A DNA stretch of 40,300 nucleotides from an uncultured Oscillospiraceae bacterium (GTDB taxonomy: Bacteria > Bacillota > Clostridia > Oscillospirales > Acutalibacteraceae): NCBI GenBank assembly GCA_900552285.1, contig URYV01000001.1, positions 1-40,300 on the forward strand. The letters run 5' to 3'. Made by a program: the position numbers and the translations under genes. The notes under the pieces are model-generated. The model did not search any database. It saw nothing but the letters and a program-made list of their open reading frames with translations, and had not been told where the DNA came from. Of the stretch, positions 32,176-40,300 are shown one piece after another; within the stretch, counting starts at the first letter, position 1; each line of letters begins with the position of its first letter.

Positions 32176-33729
32176 TTATTTGGCATAGTCGACGGCGCGG
32201 CTTTCGCGGATGACGTTGACCTTTACCTGGCCGGGATAATCAAGCTCGCTCTCGATCTTTTTGACGATGTCGTGAGCCGTGATGACCATCTGATCGTCGG
32301 AAATGACCTCGGGCTTGACCATTATGCGGACCTCGCGGCCGGCCTGAATGGCATAGGAGGACTCCACTCCGTTAAAGGAGATGGCGATTTCCTCAAGCTT
32401 TTCAAGGCGCTTGATATAGTTTTCGATGTTTTCGCGTCTTGCGCCGGGGCGTGCGGCCGAAATGGCGTCGGCAGCCTGAACAAGACAGGCAATGACCGTC
32501 TTGGCCTCCACGTCGCCGTGATGGGCGTGGATTGCGTGAACAACGGCTTCGCTTTCGTGATATTTCTTGGCCACCTCAACGCCCAGCTGAATGTGGGAGC
32601 CTTCCATTTCGTGGTCAAGCGCCTTGCCGATGTCGTGAAGAAGTCCCGCGCGGCGGGCAAGAGTTTCGTCCTCACCCAGCTCTGCCGCAAGAAGTCCCGA
32701 AAGATAGGAGACCTCAAGGGAGTGGTTAAGCACATTCTGACCGTAGCTTGTACGGTAGTGGAGCTTTCCGAGCAGCTTAACAAGCTCGGGATGTATGTTG
32801 TGAATACCAACCTCAAGAACGGCGCGTTCGCCCTCTTTTTTGATGGTGTGCTCCACCTCGCGTCTGGCCTTTTCCACCATGTCCTCAATGCGGGCGGGGT
32901 GAATACGTCCGTCGGCAATAAGCTTTTCAAGGGTCAGTCGGGCAATTTCGCGGCGAACCGGTTCGAAGCAGGAAAGGGTGATTGCCTCGGGAGTGTCGTC
33001 GATAATAAGGTCGACGCCGGTGGCGGTCTCTATGGCACGGATGTTCCGTCCCTCGCGGCCGATTATGCGGCCTTTCATATCATCGTTGGGCAGCGGCACC
33101 ACCGAAACGGTAGCCTCGGAGGAATGGTCGGCTGCACAGCGTTGTATGCATTGGGATAAAATGTGACGGCTCTTTTCGTCCGCCTCGTCTTTAAGACGCT
33201 GTTCATACTCTCGGATAAGCAGGGCCTTGTCGTGGTCAAGCTCGCCCTCAAGATTTTTGAGCAGATAATCCTTTGCCTGCTCGGTGGTCAGACCGGAAAT
33301 ACGTTCCAGCATTTCAAACTGGCGCTTTTTAAGCTCTTCGGCCTCATTCAAGCGGCTTTCGATTTCCTTTTGACGGGCGCGGAGGGCGTCCTCTTTTTTC
33401 TCGATGTTGTCGGTTTTCTTGTCGAGAGACTCCTCCTTTTGCTGGAGCCTGCGCTCCTGACGCTGCAGCTCGCTGCGGCGCTCGCGGTTTTCCTTGTCGG
33501 ATTCGGTTCGCAAACGATGAATTTCATCCTTTGCCTCAAGAATGGTTTCCTTTTTCTTGGCTTCGGCGTTTTTGAGAGCGTCATTGAGTATCCGCTTGGA
33601 CTCTTCCTCTGCGGACCCAAGGATACCCTCGGCTTTTTTCTTGCGGTGGCTTATTCCGGCGAAGAAACATGCGATTCCGAAAACAAGCCCGCCGACCGCA
33701 AAGCCGATCAGTAGCGATACGATGTCCAT
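32176..33729 (-). CDS. rny: Ribonuclease Y
   Basis: This is a 517-aa ORF with an N-terminal TM helix, a long charged coiled coil, a KH domain ([15 protein letters not shown]) and an HD domain (LLHDIGKA...HH). Confidence 0.95.
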   Translation of the reverse strand: MDIVSLLIGFAVGGLVFGIACFFAGISHRKKKAEGILGSAEEESKRILNDALKNAEAKKKETILEAKDEIHRLRTESDKENRERRSELQRQERRLQQKEESLDKKTDNIEKKEDALRARQKEIESRLNEAEELKKRQFEMLERISGLTTEQAKDYLLKNLEGELDHDKALLIREYEQRLKDEADEKSRHILSQCIQRCAADHSSEATVSVVPLPNDDMKGRIIGREGRNIRAIETATGVDLIIDDTPEAITLSCFEPVRREIARLTLEKLIADGRIHPARIEDMVEKARREVEHTIKKEGERAVLEVGIHNIHPELVKLLGKLHYRTSYGQNVLNHSLEVSYLSGLLAAELGEDETLARRAGLLHDIGKALDHEMEGSHIQLGVEVAKKYHESEAVVHAIHAHHGDVEAKTVIACLVQAADAISAARPGARRENIENYIKRLEKLEEIAISFNGVESSYAIQAGREVRIMVKPEVISDDQMVITAHDIVKKIESELDYPGQVKVNVIRESRAVDYAK

Positions 33730-33897
33730 GGGTGTTTACACCTCCTATATATTAACCGCAATTTTTCGGCAAAATTCGTCAAGATGTGTAATGCCGCAAA
33801 CGGGCCTGCGGTCGAAGCCCGGTCAAAGGGTACCGCGGAAGAGTGGTGTATCGCCGAATACAATTACCGACACTACCGCAATGTACATATATAATAT

Positions 33898-33926
33898 AAT
33901 ATAATATATACACAAAAAAAAGTCAA
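33898..33926 (-). promoter_or_regulatory. Candidate sigma-A promoter for rny
   Basis: On the minus strand the promoter reads TTGACT (33926-33921), a 17-nt spacer, then TATATT (33903-33898), inside an (ATAAT)n AT-rich tract. This implies a leader of about 160 nt. Confidence 0.4.
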
Positions 33927-33994
33927 GAAAAATCATGCTGAAAGACTCGTCCCGTGTATTAACCGAAAACAGGGCATTTTCTTTCGAAAAAACC

Positions 33995-34043
33995 TATAAA
34001 AAAACAAAACCGACTCCGCTTGAAAAACGAAATCGGTTTGTTT
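33995..34043 (-). terminator. Rho-independent terminator downstream of clpC
   Basis: On the minus strand the element reads AAACAAACCGA, a 19-nt loop, TCGGTTTTGTTT, then TTTTTATAGG. A second, weaker hairpin at 34136-34161 (AAACGGC/GCCGTTT) lies 25 nt after the clpC stop. Confidence 0.5.
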
Positions 34044-34186
34044 CTTAAAATTTAATTTGCTGCATCAGGCAGGCTTTTTTGCACCGTCTGTGCAGCTTGG
34101 GGCAATTCGCCTTTTGCGGCTGCTCTCGGTTTTATAAACGGCGGTCGGTCGACGGCCGTTTTTATTTGGCAAAGTGCGCTGTTCCT

Positions 34187-36670
34187 TTATTTTTCTCCGC
34201 TCTTTTCGGCGTCGCCGGTCGGTTTTGCCGAGGCGGCGGGAGTGAAGGAATAGCCTTCGTCGGTTGCGTCGCAAAGGACGGTGTCGCCTCTCTTTATCTT
34301 GCCGGACAGAATTTCCTCCGACAGCGAATCCTCAATGGCGTTTTGAATGGCTCGGCGGAGAGGACGTGCGCCGTAAACCTTGTCAAAGCCCGCGTCGGCA
34401 AGCTTTTCCACCGCCTTTTCGGTAAAGGACAGGGTGATCTCCATGTTGTCGAAGATACGGTCGGACAACACCTTGAGAAGTCGGCGGGCGATTTCGGTGA
34501 TGTCGTCCTTTTCAAGCTGCTTAAAGACGATGATGTCGTCGATTCGGTTGAGGAATTCGGGGCGGAACTGAGCCTTAAGGGCGGTCATAACCTCGTCCTT
34601 AATGGTTTTGTCGTCCTTTGCCGCCGTGTCCTTGTCGCCGAATCCGAGGCTTTTCTGCTCGCTGATGGCCCGCGCGCCGACGTTGGAGGTCATGATTATG
34701 ACGGTGTTTTTGAAGTTGACCTTGCGACCCTGGGAATCGGTGAGCACGCCGTCGTCGAGAATTTGCAGCAGGATGTTGAAAATGTCGGGATGAGCCTTCT
34801 CGATCTCGTCAAAGAGCACCACGCTGTAAGGCTTTCTGCGGACGGCCTCGGTAAGCTGACCGCCCTCGTCATATCCCACATATCCGGGAGGCGAACCCAC
34901 AAGACGGGACACCGTGTGCTTTTCCATATATTCCGACATATCAAAGCGTATGACGGCGTTTTCGCTGCCGAACATTGTCTCGGCAAGGGTCTTGCACAGC
35001 TCGGTTTTACCGACGCCGGTAGGCCCGAGGAAAAGGAATGAGCCGGTGGGGCGCTTGGGGTCTTTAAGACCGACCCTGCCGCGGCGGATTGCTCTCGACA
35101 CGGCGCTGACGGCCTCGTCCTGTCCCACAAGACGTTTGTGGAGGGTGTCCTCAAGACGGAGCAGCTTCTGCCCCTCCTCCTCGGTAAGGGTGGTGGCGGG
35201 AATTCCCGTCCAGCCCGATACGATTTCGGCGATTTCCTCGGCAGTCACTTCGCCGCCCGCATGGCGGTTGCTTTCGTGCCACTGTTCCTTAAGCTTTTTA
35301 AGCTGTTCGGTTTTTTCCTTTTCTCTGTCGCGCAGCTTTGCGGCGCCCTCAAAATCCTGAGCGTTGACGCTGGCGGTCTTTTCGGCCGAAATTGTCTTTA
35401 TCTCGTCCTCAAGAAGTCGGATGTTTTCGGGGGGAGTCATGCTTTGCAGCTTGACCCTCGAGCCGGCCTCGTCGATAAGGTCAATGGCCTTGTCGGGGAG
35501 ATAACGGTCGGAAATATAGCGAGAGGAAAGCTTTACGGCGGCGTTTATGGCCTCGTCGGTGATTTTAACGTGGTGATGAGCCTCGTATTTGTCCCTGAGT
35601 CCCTTAAGAATTTCCACGGCCTCCTCCTCGGTGGGTTCGCCCACCGTGACGGGCTGGAAACGGCGCTCGAGTGCGGCGTCCTTCTCGATGTATTTGCGGT
35701 ATTCGTTAAGGGTGGTTGCGCCGATGACCTGAAGCTCGCCGCGGGCAAGAGAGGGCTTTAAGATGTTTGCGGCGTCGGTGGAGCCTTCGGCCGAGCCCGC
35801 TCCCACAATGGTGTGCAGCTCGTCGATGAAAAGAATGACGTCGCCGCTCTTTTTGACCTCGTCAAGTGCGGTTTTTATGCGCTCCTCAAAGTCGCCTCTG
35901 TATTTGGTGCCGGCCACCATGCCGGTAAGGTCGAGGGAGACCACCCGCTTGTTTTCGAGAATTTCCGGCACCTCGCCGTCGGCGATTTTAAGGGCAAGAC
36001 CCTCGGCAATTGCCGTTTTACCGACGCCGGGCTCGCCGATAAGGCAGGGATTGTTTTTGGTGCGGCGGGTGAGAATTTGTATAACACGCTGAATTTCCTC
36101 GCCTCTGCCGATGACGGGGTCGATTTTTCCGGCCTTTGCCTCGGCGGTGAGATCTCTGCCGAATTTGTCAAGGGTGGGGCATTTCCCGTCCGACTTTTTG
36201 CCTGCGGACGCACTCTTTCCGGCGCCCGAAAAGCCCTCCGAGGCCGAGAGAATTTTGGAGGAAAGCTCCTCGGGGTTTACGCCGAGCTCTTTAAGGAATG
36301 CGACGGCATAGCTCTGGCCCTCCTCGATAATGGCGAGCAGTATGTGCTCGGTGCCCACATATCCTCCCGAAATCGAGCGGGCGGCGGCAATGGACATTTC
36401 GAGAATTCGTTTGGAGCGGGGTGTGAAGTCGTCGGGGGAAAGACTTGTGGGAAGTCCCTCTCCGACCTTTTCGGCAAGCAGCTCGGCAACCTTCTCCTCG
36501 GTTATTCCCTCGGAGGCCAAAAGGGTTGCGGCCGCGCCGGTGCCCTCGGCAAGAATACCGAGCAGCAGGTGCTCGCTGCCGATGTAGGTGTGACCCATGG
36601 TTTCGGCCTTTTCTATTGCAAGGTTTAAGGCTCTGTTGGCCTTTTCGGTAAATCCGTTGAATTTATACAT
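34187..36670 (-). CDS. clpC: ATP-dependent Clp protease ATP-binding subunit ClpC
   Basis: The protein has Clp_N repeats ([34 protein letters not shown]), two AAA+ modules (GEPGVGKT and GPTGVGKT) and a UVR motif in the linker. I prefer the ATG at 36670, which has AAGGAG 9 nt upstream. Confidence 0.95.
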   Translation of the reverse strand: MYKFNGFTEKANRALNLAIEKAETMGHTYIGSEHLLLGILAEGTGAAATLLASEGITEEKVAELLAEKVGEGLPTSLSPDDFTPRSKRILEMSIAAARSISGGYVGTEHILLAIIEEGQSYAVAFLKELGVNPEELSSKILSASEGFSGAGKSASAGKKSDGKCPTLDKFGRDLTAEAKAGKIDPVIGRGEEIQRVIQILTRRTKNNPCLIGEPGVGKTAIAEGLALKIADGEVPEILENKRVVSLDLTGMVAGTKYRGDFEERIKTALDEVKKSGDVILFIDELHTIVGAGSAEGSTDAANILKPSLARGELQVIGATTLNEYRKYIEKDAALERRFQPVTVGEPTEEEAVEILKGLRDKYEAHHHVKITDEAINAAVKLSSRYISDRYLPDKAIDLIDEAGSRVKLQSMTPPENIRLLEDEIKTISAEKTASVNAQDFEGAAKLRDREKEKTEQLKKLKEQWHESNRHAGGEVTAEEIAEIVSGWTGIPATTLTEEEGQKLLRLEDTLHKRLVGQDEAVSAVSRAIRRGRVGLKDPKRPTGSFLFLGPTGVGKTELCKTLAETMFGSENAVIRFDMSEYMEKHTVSRLVGSPPGYVGYDEGGQLTEAVRRKPYSVVLFDEIEKAHPDIFNILLQILDDGVLTDSQGRKVNFKNTVIIMTSNVGARAISEQKSLGFGDKDTAAKDDKTIKDEVMTALKAQFRPEFLNRIDDIIVFKQLEKDDITEIARRLLKVLSDRIFDNMEITLSFTEKAVEKLADAGFDKVYGARPLRRAIQNAIEDSLSEEILSGKIKRGDTVLCDATDEGYSFTPAASAKPTGDAEKSGEK

Positions 36671-36703
36671 ACAAATCAACTCCTTTAAAAGGATGAAAAA
36701 TAA

Positions 36704-37711
36704 TTATTTCAGTTTTTCCCGAACGGCGGCGGCACGGATTTTGTCCCGCTTTTCGGGGGTGTTGCAGTCCTTGTTTTTTGCGGCAATTTCGCCGGAGCAA
36801 AGCTCGTTTTCAAGGGTGTTGAGAATTTCGGGGGAGGGGATGTCCTCCATGCCCATTGCGCCTCCGAGACGGAGGTTTGACAGGTGCTTCGAAAGCTCGG
36901 CTCCCGACAGCATCCGTGCGCTTTTAAGCAGTCCCAGCGAGCGGTAAACGGTGTCCTCAAGGGAGTCTCTGTTCACCGTTTTGCGGGCGGCAAGCTCCTT
37001 TTCGGTAACCTGCTTTGTGACGGCCGAAAGATTTTCGATTGCCGATTTTTCGTCGATACCGAGGGTTATCTGGTTTGACAGCTGATAAAGCGAGCCGTCG
37101 GCTCCCGAGCCCTCTCCGTAGGTTCCGCGCAGCGTCAGACCGATTTTGCCGACCGCGCGGCTCAATGCCTCAATACCGTTTGCCGCCTCAAGAGCGGGCA
37201 GGTGAATCATGACCGACGCTCTCATGCCGGTGCCGAGATTTGTGGGGCATTCGGTGAGATAGCCTAAATCCTTGTCAAAGGCAAAGTGCAGCTTCTTTTC
37301 GAGTGCCGACTCGATTTTTTCGGCGGCTCCGTAGGCCTCTTTAAGGTCAAATCCGGCGCACAGCACCTGAATACGGACATGATCCTCCTCGCAAAGCATT
37401 ATGCAAATCGAGCGGTCTTTATTCATTATGACTGCGCGGCCGTCGTTCTTTTCGGCAAATTCGGGGCTTATGAGGTGCTGCTGACAAAGAGCCAACCGCT
37501 CGGCCGACGAAAGAGAGGAAAGCTCGACAAAATCATAGTTTTCCTTGTCGGGAACGGCGTCCCAAACCGCCTTGTTAACGCAGTTTATCTGGTCGGCGGT
37601 CATTCTTGAGGGGAAGGGATAATCCTTAAGGTTTCTTGCGAGACGGACGCGTGTGCTGACGATGATGTCGCCCTCGGGTCCGCTTTTTTCATACCATTTA
37701 TTTCTGCTCAT
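36704..37711 (-). CDS. mcsB: Protein arginine kinase McsB
   Basis: This is a 335-aa ORF with an ATP:guanido phosphotransferase domain (STRVRLARNLKDYPFP, CPTNLGTGMRASV). Confidence 0.93.
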   Translation of the reverse strand: MSRNKWYEKSGPEGDIIVSTRVRLARNLKDYPFPSRMTADQINCVNKAVWDAVPDKENYDFVELSSLSSAERLALCQQHLISPEFAEKNDGRAVIMNKDRSICIMLCEEDHVRIQVLCAGFDLKEAYGAAEKIESALEKKLHFAFDKDLGYLTECPTNLGTGMRASVMIHLPALEAANGIEALSRAVGKIGLTLRGTYGEGSGADGSLYQLSNQITLGIDEKSAIENLSAVTKQVTEKELAARKTVNRDSLEDTVYRSLGLLKSARMLSGAELSKHLSNLRLGGAMGMEDIPSPEILNTLENELCSGEIAAKNKDCNTPEKRDKIRAAAVREKLK

Positions 37712-38219
37712 TTTGTTCGCCCTCCATTTCCTTTATTTCGTCGCGGTATTTTGCCGCCTGCTCGTATTCCTGAGCCTCAACTGCGGCGTTCAGCTTGTTT
37801 TTAAGCTCGGAAAGCTTCATTTCCCGTTTGTCCTCTTCGGTGAGCTCGGTTTCGGGAGCCTTGCCCACATGGGTGGCTCTGCCGTGAATCCTCTCGACGG
37901 TGGGGAGCAGCTGCTTTCTGAAGGTGTCATAGCATTTCGCGCAGCCCACTCTGCCGCTTTGGGATATTTCGGCAAAGGAGGTTCCGCAGGAGGGGCAGCG
38001 TACCGCGTCGGAGGCCGATCGCTGAGCGGGTGCCGAGAAGGGCAGACCCAGCAGCGAGGAAAACAGTCCGTTTTCTCCGAAGGCGCCGAAGGAGGGGAAG
38101 CTTTCCACTCCGTTTTCGGCGGCGCATTTACTGCAATAATGATGTTCTTCGTAAACTCCGTTTATGGATTTTTTGATGTGTGTGGTTGCCTGTCTTTTTC
38201 CGCATTTTTCACAAAGCAT
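37698..38219 (-). CDS. mcsA: McsA (UvrB/UvrC-motif protein, activator of McsB)
   Basis: From the ATG at 38219 (AAAGGAAG upstream) the protein reads MLCEKCGKRQATTH..., with paired CxxC zinc-finger motifs and a C-terminal UVR motif (EAQEYEQAAKYRDEIKEME). I rejected the track extension to 38312, which overlaps ctsR. Confidence 0.88.
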   Translation of the reverse strand: MLCEKCGKRQATTHIKKSINGVYEEHHYCSKCAAENGVESFPSFGAFGENGLFSSLLGLPFSAPAQRSASDAVRCPSCGTSFAEISQSGRVGCAKCYDTFRKQLLPTVERIHGRATHVGKAPETELTEEDKREMKLSELKNKLNAAVEAQEYEQAAKYRDEIKEMEGEQNEQK

Positions 38220-38236
38220 ATATATCTTCCTTTCAT

Positions 38237-38692
38237 TCAGCTTATGAGCATTTGTTTTAAGATGTTGGCGCGAAGGGCGTTTCGCACCTGCGGGGGAAGC
38301 CCCCGATAGCAATGATCGTTCATTGCCGCCAGCATGACCGACGCGCTGTCGCGGGAGATAAATCCCTGTTCGGAAAGATTTCCCACAACCGCCTTTGCGG
38401 TGGCAAAGTCAATGCTGTCGCCGATGGAGTTGACAAGATGCATGACGGCGGTGGAGCGGTCGACCTTGACTCGGGTTATGCGGATATATCCGCCGCCGCC
38501 TCTGCGGCTTTCGACGGTGTATCCGTGCTCGGGCGTGAACCGCGAGGTCAGCACATAATTTATCTGACTGGGCACGCACCCGAGGTCCTCGGCAAGCTCG
38601 CCTCTTTTTATTTCGGCAAAGCCGTCCTGCTCCTTAAGCAGCTCCAAAATTCTTTGTGCCACCATATCGCTCATTCTCATTTTTCCGTTCAA
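38237..38692 (-). CDS. ctsR: Class III stress-gene repressor CtsR
   Basis: VPSQINYVLTSRFTPEHGYTVESRRGGGGYIRI is the CtsR signature, including the glycine-rich loop. The start is uncertain: TTG at 38692, or ATG at 38680 or 38674. Confidence 0.92.
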   Translation of the reverse strand: MNGKMRMSDMVAQRILELLKEQDGFAEIKRGELAEDLGCVPSQINYVLTSRFTPEHGYTVESRRGGGGYIRITRVKVDRSTAVMHLVNSIGDSIDFATAKAVVGNLSEQGFISRDSASVMLAAMNDHCYRGLPPQVRNALRANILKQMLIS

Positions 38693-38835
38693 CTCTTTTC
38701 AATATTTTGAGAGGAATTCAAGGCCGGGCTTTCGGCTCTTTCGCTCCCTTTCGGTCGGCACCTCTTTGTGCCCGAAGGGAACTTTCAAAGCCTTTCCCGA
38801 AGCCCTCAAGCTCCTTTTTTCTCTTTCTGTTACAC

Positions 38836-38864
38836 AGTATACAGCAAAGGTCAAAGAATGTCAA
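38836..38864 (-). promoter_or_regulatory. Sigma-A promoter of the ctsR-mcsA-mcsB-clpC operon
   Basis: On the minus strand the promoter reads TTGACA (38864-38859), a 17-nt spacer, then TATACT (38841-38836). Confidence 0.7.
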
Positions 38865-38881
38865 GGTCAAATATAGTCAAA
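38849..38881. promoter_or_regulatory. CtsR operator (tandem heptad repeats) overlapping the -35 region
   Basis: The plus strand reads GGTCAAA-gaatgtcaa-GGTCAAA-TAT-AGTCAAA. Positions 38865-38881 match the published CtsR box RGTCAAA-NAN-RGTCAAA exactly. An extra GGTCAAA lies at 38849-38855. Confidence 0.85.
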
Positions 38882-39001
38882 TTTACAAATTGTTCACAAA
38901 TTGCGGCGAGCGACAAAATTCCGACGCGCCGAAACCCGCATAAATACTGGGAAAACAAAGATTTTCGGCAATCGGGGATTTAAAAAATTTTTTCGAAAGA
39001 A

Positions 39002-39019
39002 TTTGACCTTTGTCTGACC
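39002..39019. promoter_or_regulatory. Second CtsR-box-like element (non-canonical 4-nt spacer)
   Basis: The minus strand reads GGTCAGA-CAAA-GGTCAAA. It has one mismatch to the heptad consensus and a spacer of 4 nt instead of 3. It lies about 140 nt upstream of the main operator. Confidence 0.4.
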
Positions 39020-39060
39020 TTTTCGCACATATAATGGGTAAAAAGCCGTGATAATAATCA

Positions 39061-39092
39061 AAAACCGCCCCCAAAGCTTACTTTGGGAGCGG
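39061..39092 (-). terminator. Rho-independent terminator after the ftsH 3' remnant
   Basis: On the minus strand the element reads CCGCTCCCAAAG-TAAG-CTTTGGGGGCGG followed by TTTTTGATT. It lies 16 nt after the stop at 39108. Confidence 0.8.
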
Positions 39093-39107
39093 AAAACGAG
39101 TTTTGAT

Positions 39108-39335
39108 TTATTTGCCGAGAATGTTCATGAATTCGGCGCCGGTGATGGTTTCCTTTTCATAAAGATAGTTTGCAAGCTCGTCAAGCTTTGCGCGGTTTGC
39201 CTCGAGGAGGGCCTTGGCCTTTTTGTGCTCGGCTTTTACCGTTTCAACCACCTTTTTGTCTATTTCCTTTTGTGTGTCGGCCGAGCAGGCAAGGGTTGCA
39301 TCGCCGCCGAGATACTGATTTGTCACCGTCTCCAT
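39108..39335 (-). pseudogene. ftsH: 3'-terminal remnant (last ~75 codons) of an FtsH-type AAA metalloprotease gene
   Basis: The translation ...QYLGGDATLACSADTQKEIDKKVVETVKAEHKKAKALLEANRAKLDELANYLYEKETITGAEFMNILGK matches the conserved FtsH C-terminus (FLG...SE.TA.EID.EV...A..IL..NR..L..LA..LLEKETL...E). The upstream AAA and peptidase M41 parts are absent and replaced by unrelated sequence. Confidence 0.75.
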
Positions 39336-40213
39336 GGCGGGCCGAGCACGCCGACCGTGTCGGTTACCTTCTTCATCTTTGCTACAACCTTGTCAGCGAT
39401 GAAGTGCGGCTTGTTCTCGTTGCGCTCGCGTGCCGCAAGGATAACCTTTGCCTCCGCCGGGAACTGCTCGTAGATAAACCACGGGTCAACTGCGATGCAG
39501 TGGCCGCCAACGCCGACACCCGGGGTCAGGATGTTAACGCGCGGATGGCAGTTTGCCAGCTTGATCAGCTCAAAAACGTCAATGCCCATCTTGTCGCAGA
39601 TGACGGACAGCTCGTTTGCGTAAGCGATATTGACATCACGGAAGGTGTTCTCGGTCAGCTTGCACATTTCGGCGGTCAGGTCGTCGGTCTTGTGAACGAC
39701 ACCCTTTTCAAGCACCTTCTCATAGATGGATGCCGCCATTTCAGCAGCCTCCGGCGTGCGGGCGCCGACGATACGGTCATTGTTCTTCAGCTCGTACATC
39801 ATGTTGCCCGGGATAACGCGCTCCGGACAATGTGCAACGTGAATCTCATTCATCGGGATGCCGGATTCCTCGCTCAGTACACGTGCGAGCATCTCGGAGG
39901 TGTGCGGCGGCACGGTGGACTCCAGAATGACCAGATTGGACGGCTCGAGCACCTTGCCTGCCATACGGCCTGCAGACTCTACAAAGCGCAGATCGGCCTT
40001 GTGGCTGCCGTTCTCGTCCTTGAAGAACGGCGTCGGCACCGAAATATAAAATACATCGGACTTGCCAAGCTCTTCGGAAAAATGCAGATGACCGTGTGCA
40101 ACAGCCTTTTCAAATGCTTCCTGCAGACCCGGCTCTACAATATGGATATGACCGCCCTGCAGGGTTTCGATAGTCTTTTTGTTTAGCCAATCCACTACCA
40201 ACGATATACGCAT
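39323..40213 (-). pseudogene. Internal fragment of a UDP-N-acetyl-D-mannosamine / UDP-sugar 6-dehydrogenase (WecC/Cap5O-like) gene. It lacks the N-terminal Rossmann GxGxxG segment and the C-terminal domain.
   Basis: Homology runs from ...[17 protein letters not shown] through VPTPF, ILESTVPP, CPERVIPG, MCKLTENTFRDVNIAYANEL and PGVGVGGHCIAVDPWF to VGVLG. It then breaks into PPWRR-stop where LAFKP is expected. Pro is almost always CCG and Leu mostly CTG here, whereas neighbouring genes prefer CCC and CTT/CTC. Confidence 0.75.
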
Positions 40214-40300
40214 TCTTATTATCTACACCAGCTGGTTTTTCTGGTCGAGCAAAAGCTTCGTAGTTTCCGTTTGTGTAGTAAATACCTTTTGAATTTTTTT
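40185..40300 (-). pseudogene. ohyA: 5' fragment of an oleate hydratase (MCRA-family fatty-acid hydratase) gene, truncated after the FAD GSGLA motif
   Basis: Minus-strand frame 3 reads [38 protein letters not shown]. This is the highly conserved N-terminus of oleate hydratases ([27 protein letters not shown]). After 40185 the frame degenerates, and codon usage is AT-rich and unlike the host. The start codon lies beyond the window edge. Confidence 0.7.

Noticed and set aside
38220-38312. 31-aa extension of McsA (track start 38312) overlapping ctsR
   Set aside because: McsA proteins start at the first CxxC zinc finger (MLCEKCGK...). The ATG at 38219 has an AAAGGAAG RBS, and the extension overlaps the ctsR 3' end.
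39003-39035. Plus-strand promoter-like TTGACC ... TATAAT
   Set aside because: The spacer is 21 nt, and there is no plus-strand gene downstream because everything to the right is on the minus strand. The TTGACC is better explained as half of a CtsR-box-like repeat.
40223-40300. Minus-strand frame-1 reading [25 protein letters not shown]-stop, considered as the C-terminus of an upstream capsule gene or a scrambled WecC N-terminus
   Set aside because: Frame 3 of the same DNA gives a near-perfect oleate hydratase N-terminus ([32 protein letters not shown]). That reading is far more convincing.
1-40300. Scan for tRNA, rRNA, CRISPR arrays, IS elements, integrases and known defence genes
   Set aside because: I saw no T-loop (GTTCGAATC-like) contexts, no regularly spaced direct repeats, and no transposase, integrase or defence-type ORFs in the six-frame track.

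Overview
This 40.3-kb window is a chromosomal segment from a moderately GC-rich, spore-forming Firmicute that looks like a Clostridia. Marker genes are spoIIR, ctsR-mcsA-mcsB-clpC, rny, a yitT-family gene and a dacB-type carboxypeptidase. No rRNA, tRNA or CRISPR array was seen.

Gene content from left to right:
- A partial mannitol-dehydrogenase-family gene.
- A DeoR-regulated 2-oxoacid/acetoin-type dehydrogenase operon in the order E2, E3, fused E1 alpha-beta.
- An OmpR-type response regulator, histidine kinase and HtrA protease operon.
- metA.
- A fusion of an MprF-type flippase-like membrane domain to a GT4 glycosyltransferase.
- alr.
- A degenerate GH2 (LacZ-like) protein.
- trmL, a YitT-family gene, a comM/yifB-type ATPase and spoIIR.
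- A frameshifted TetR gene.
- putP.
- A compact 6.1-kb phage-derived packaging and head module.
- A DD-carboxypeptidase, rny, and the ctsR-mcsA-mcsB-clpC operon with its promoter and CtsR operators.

The most interesting element is the phage-derived module at 24536-30665. It encodes TerS, TerL, portal, protease/scaffold, major capsid protein and three head-tail joining proteins. It has no tail, lysis, integrase, repressor or replication genes, its codon usage looks like the host's, and housekeeping genes flank it on both sides.

The right end (39108-40300) is a three-part mosaic of truncated genes: an ftsH 3' end, a wecC-like internal piece and an oleate-hydratase 5' end. Each part has clearly different codon usage. 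This is either a rearrangement or horizontal-transfer scar, or an assembly chimera.

All functional calls rest on reading the translated ORFs and recognising motifs. No database search was run.
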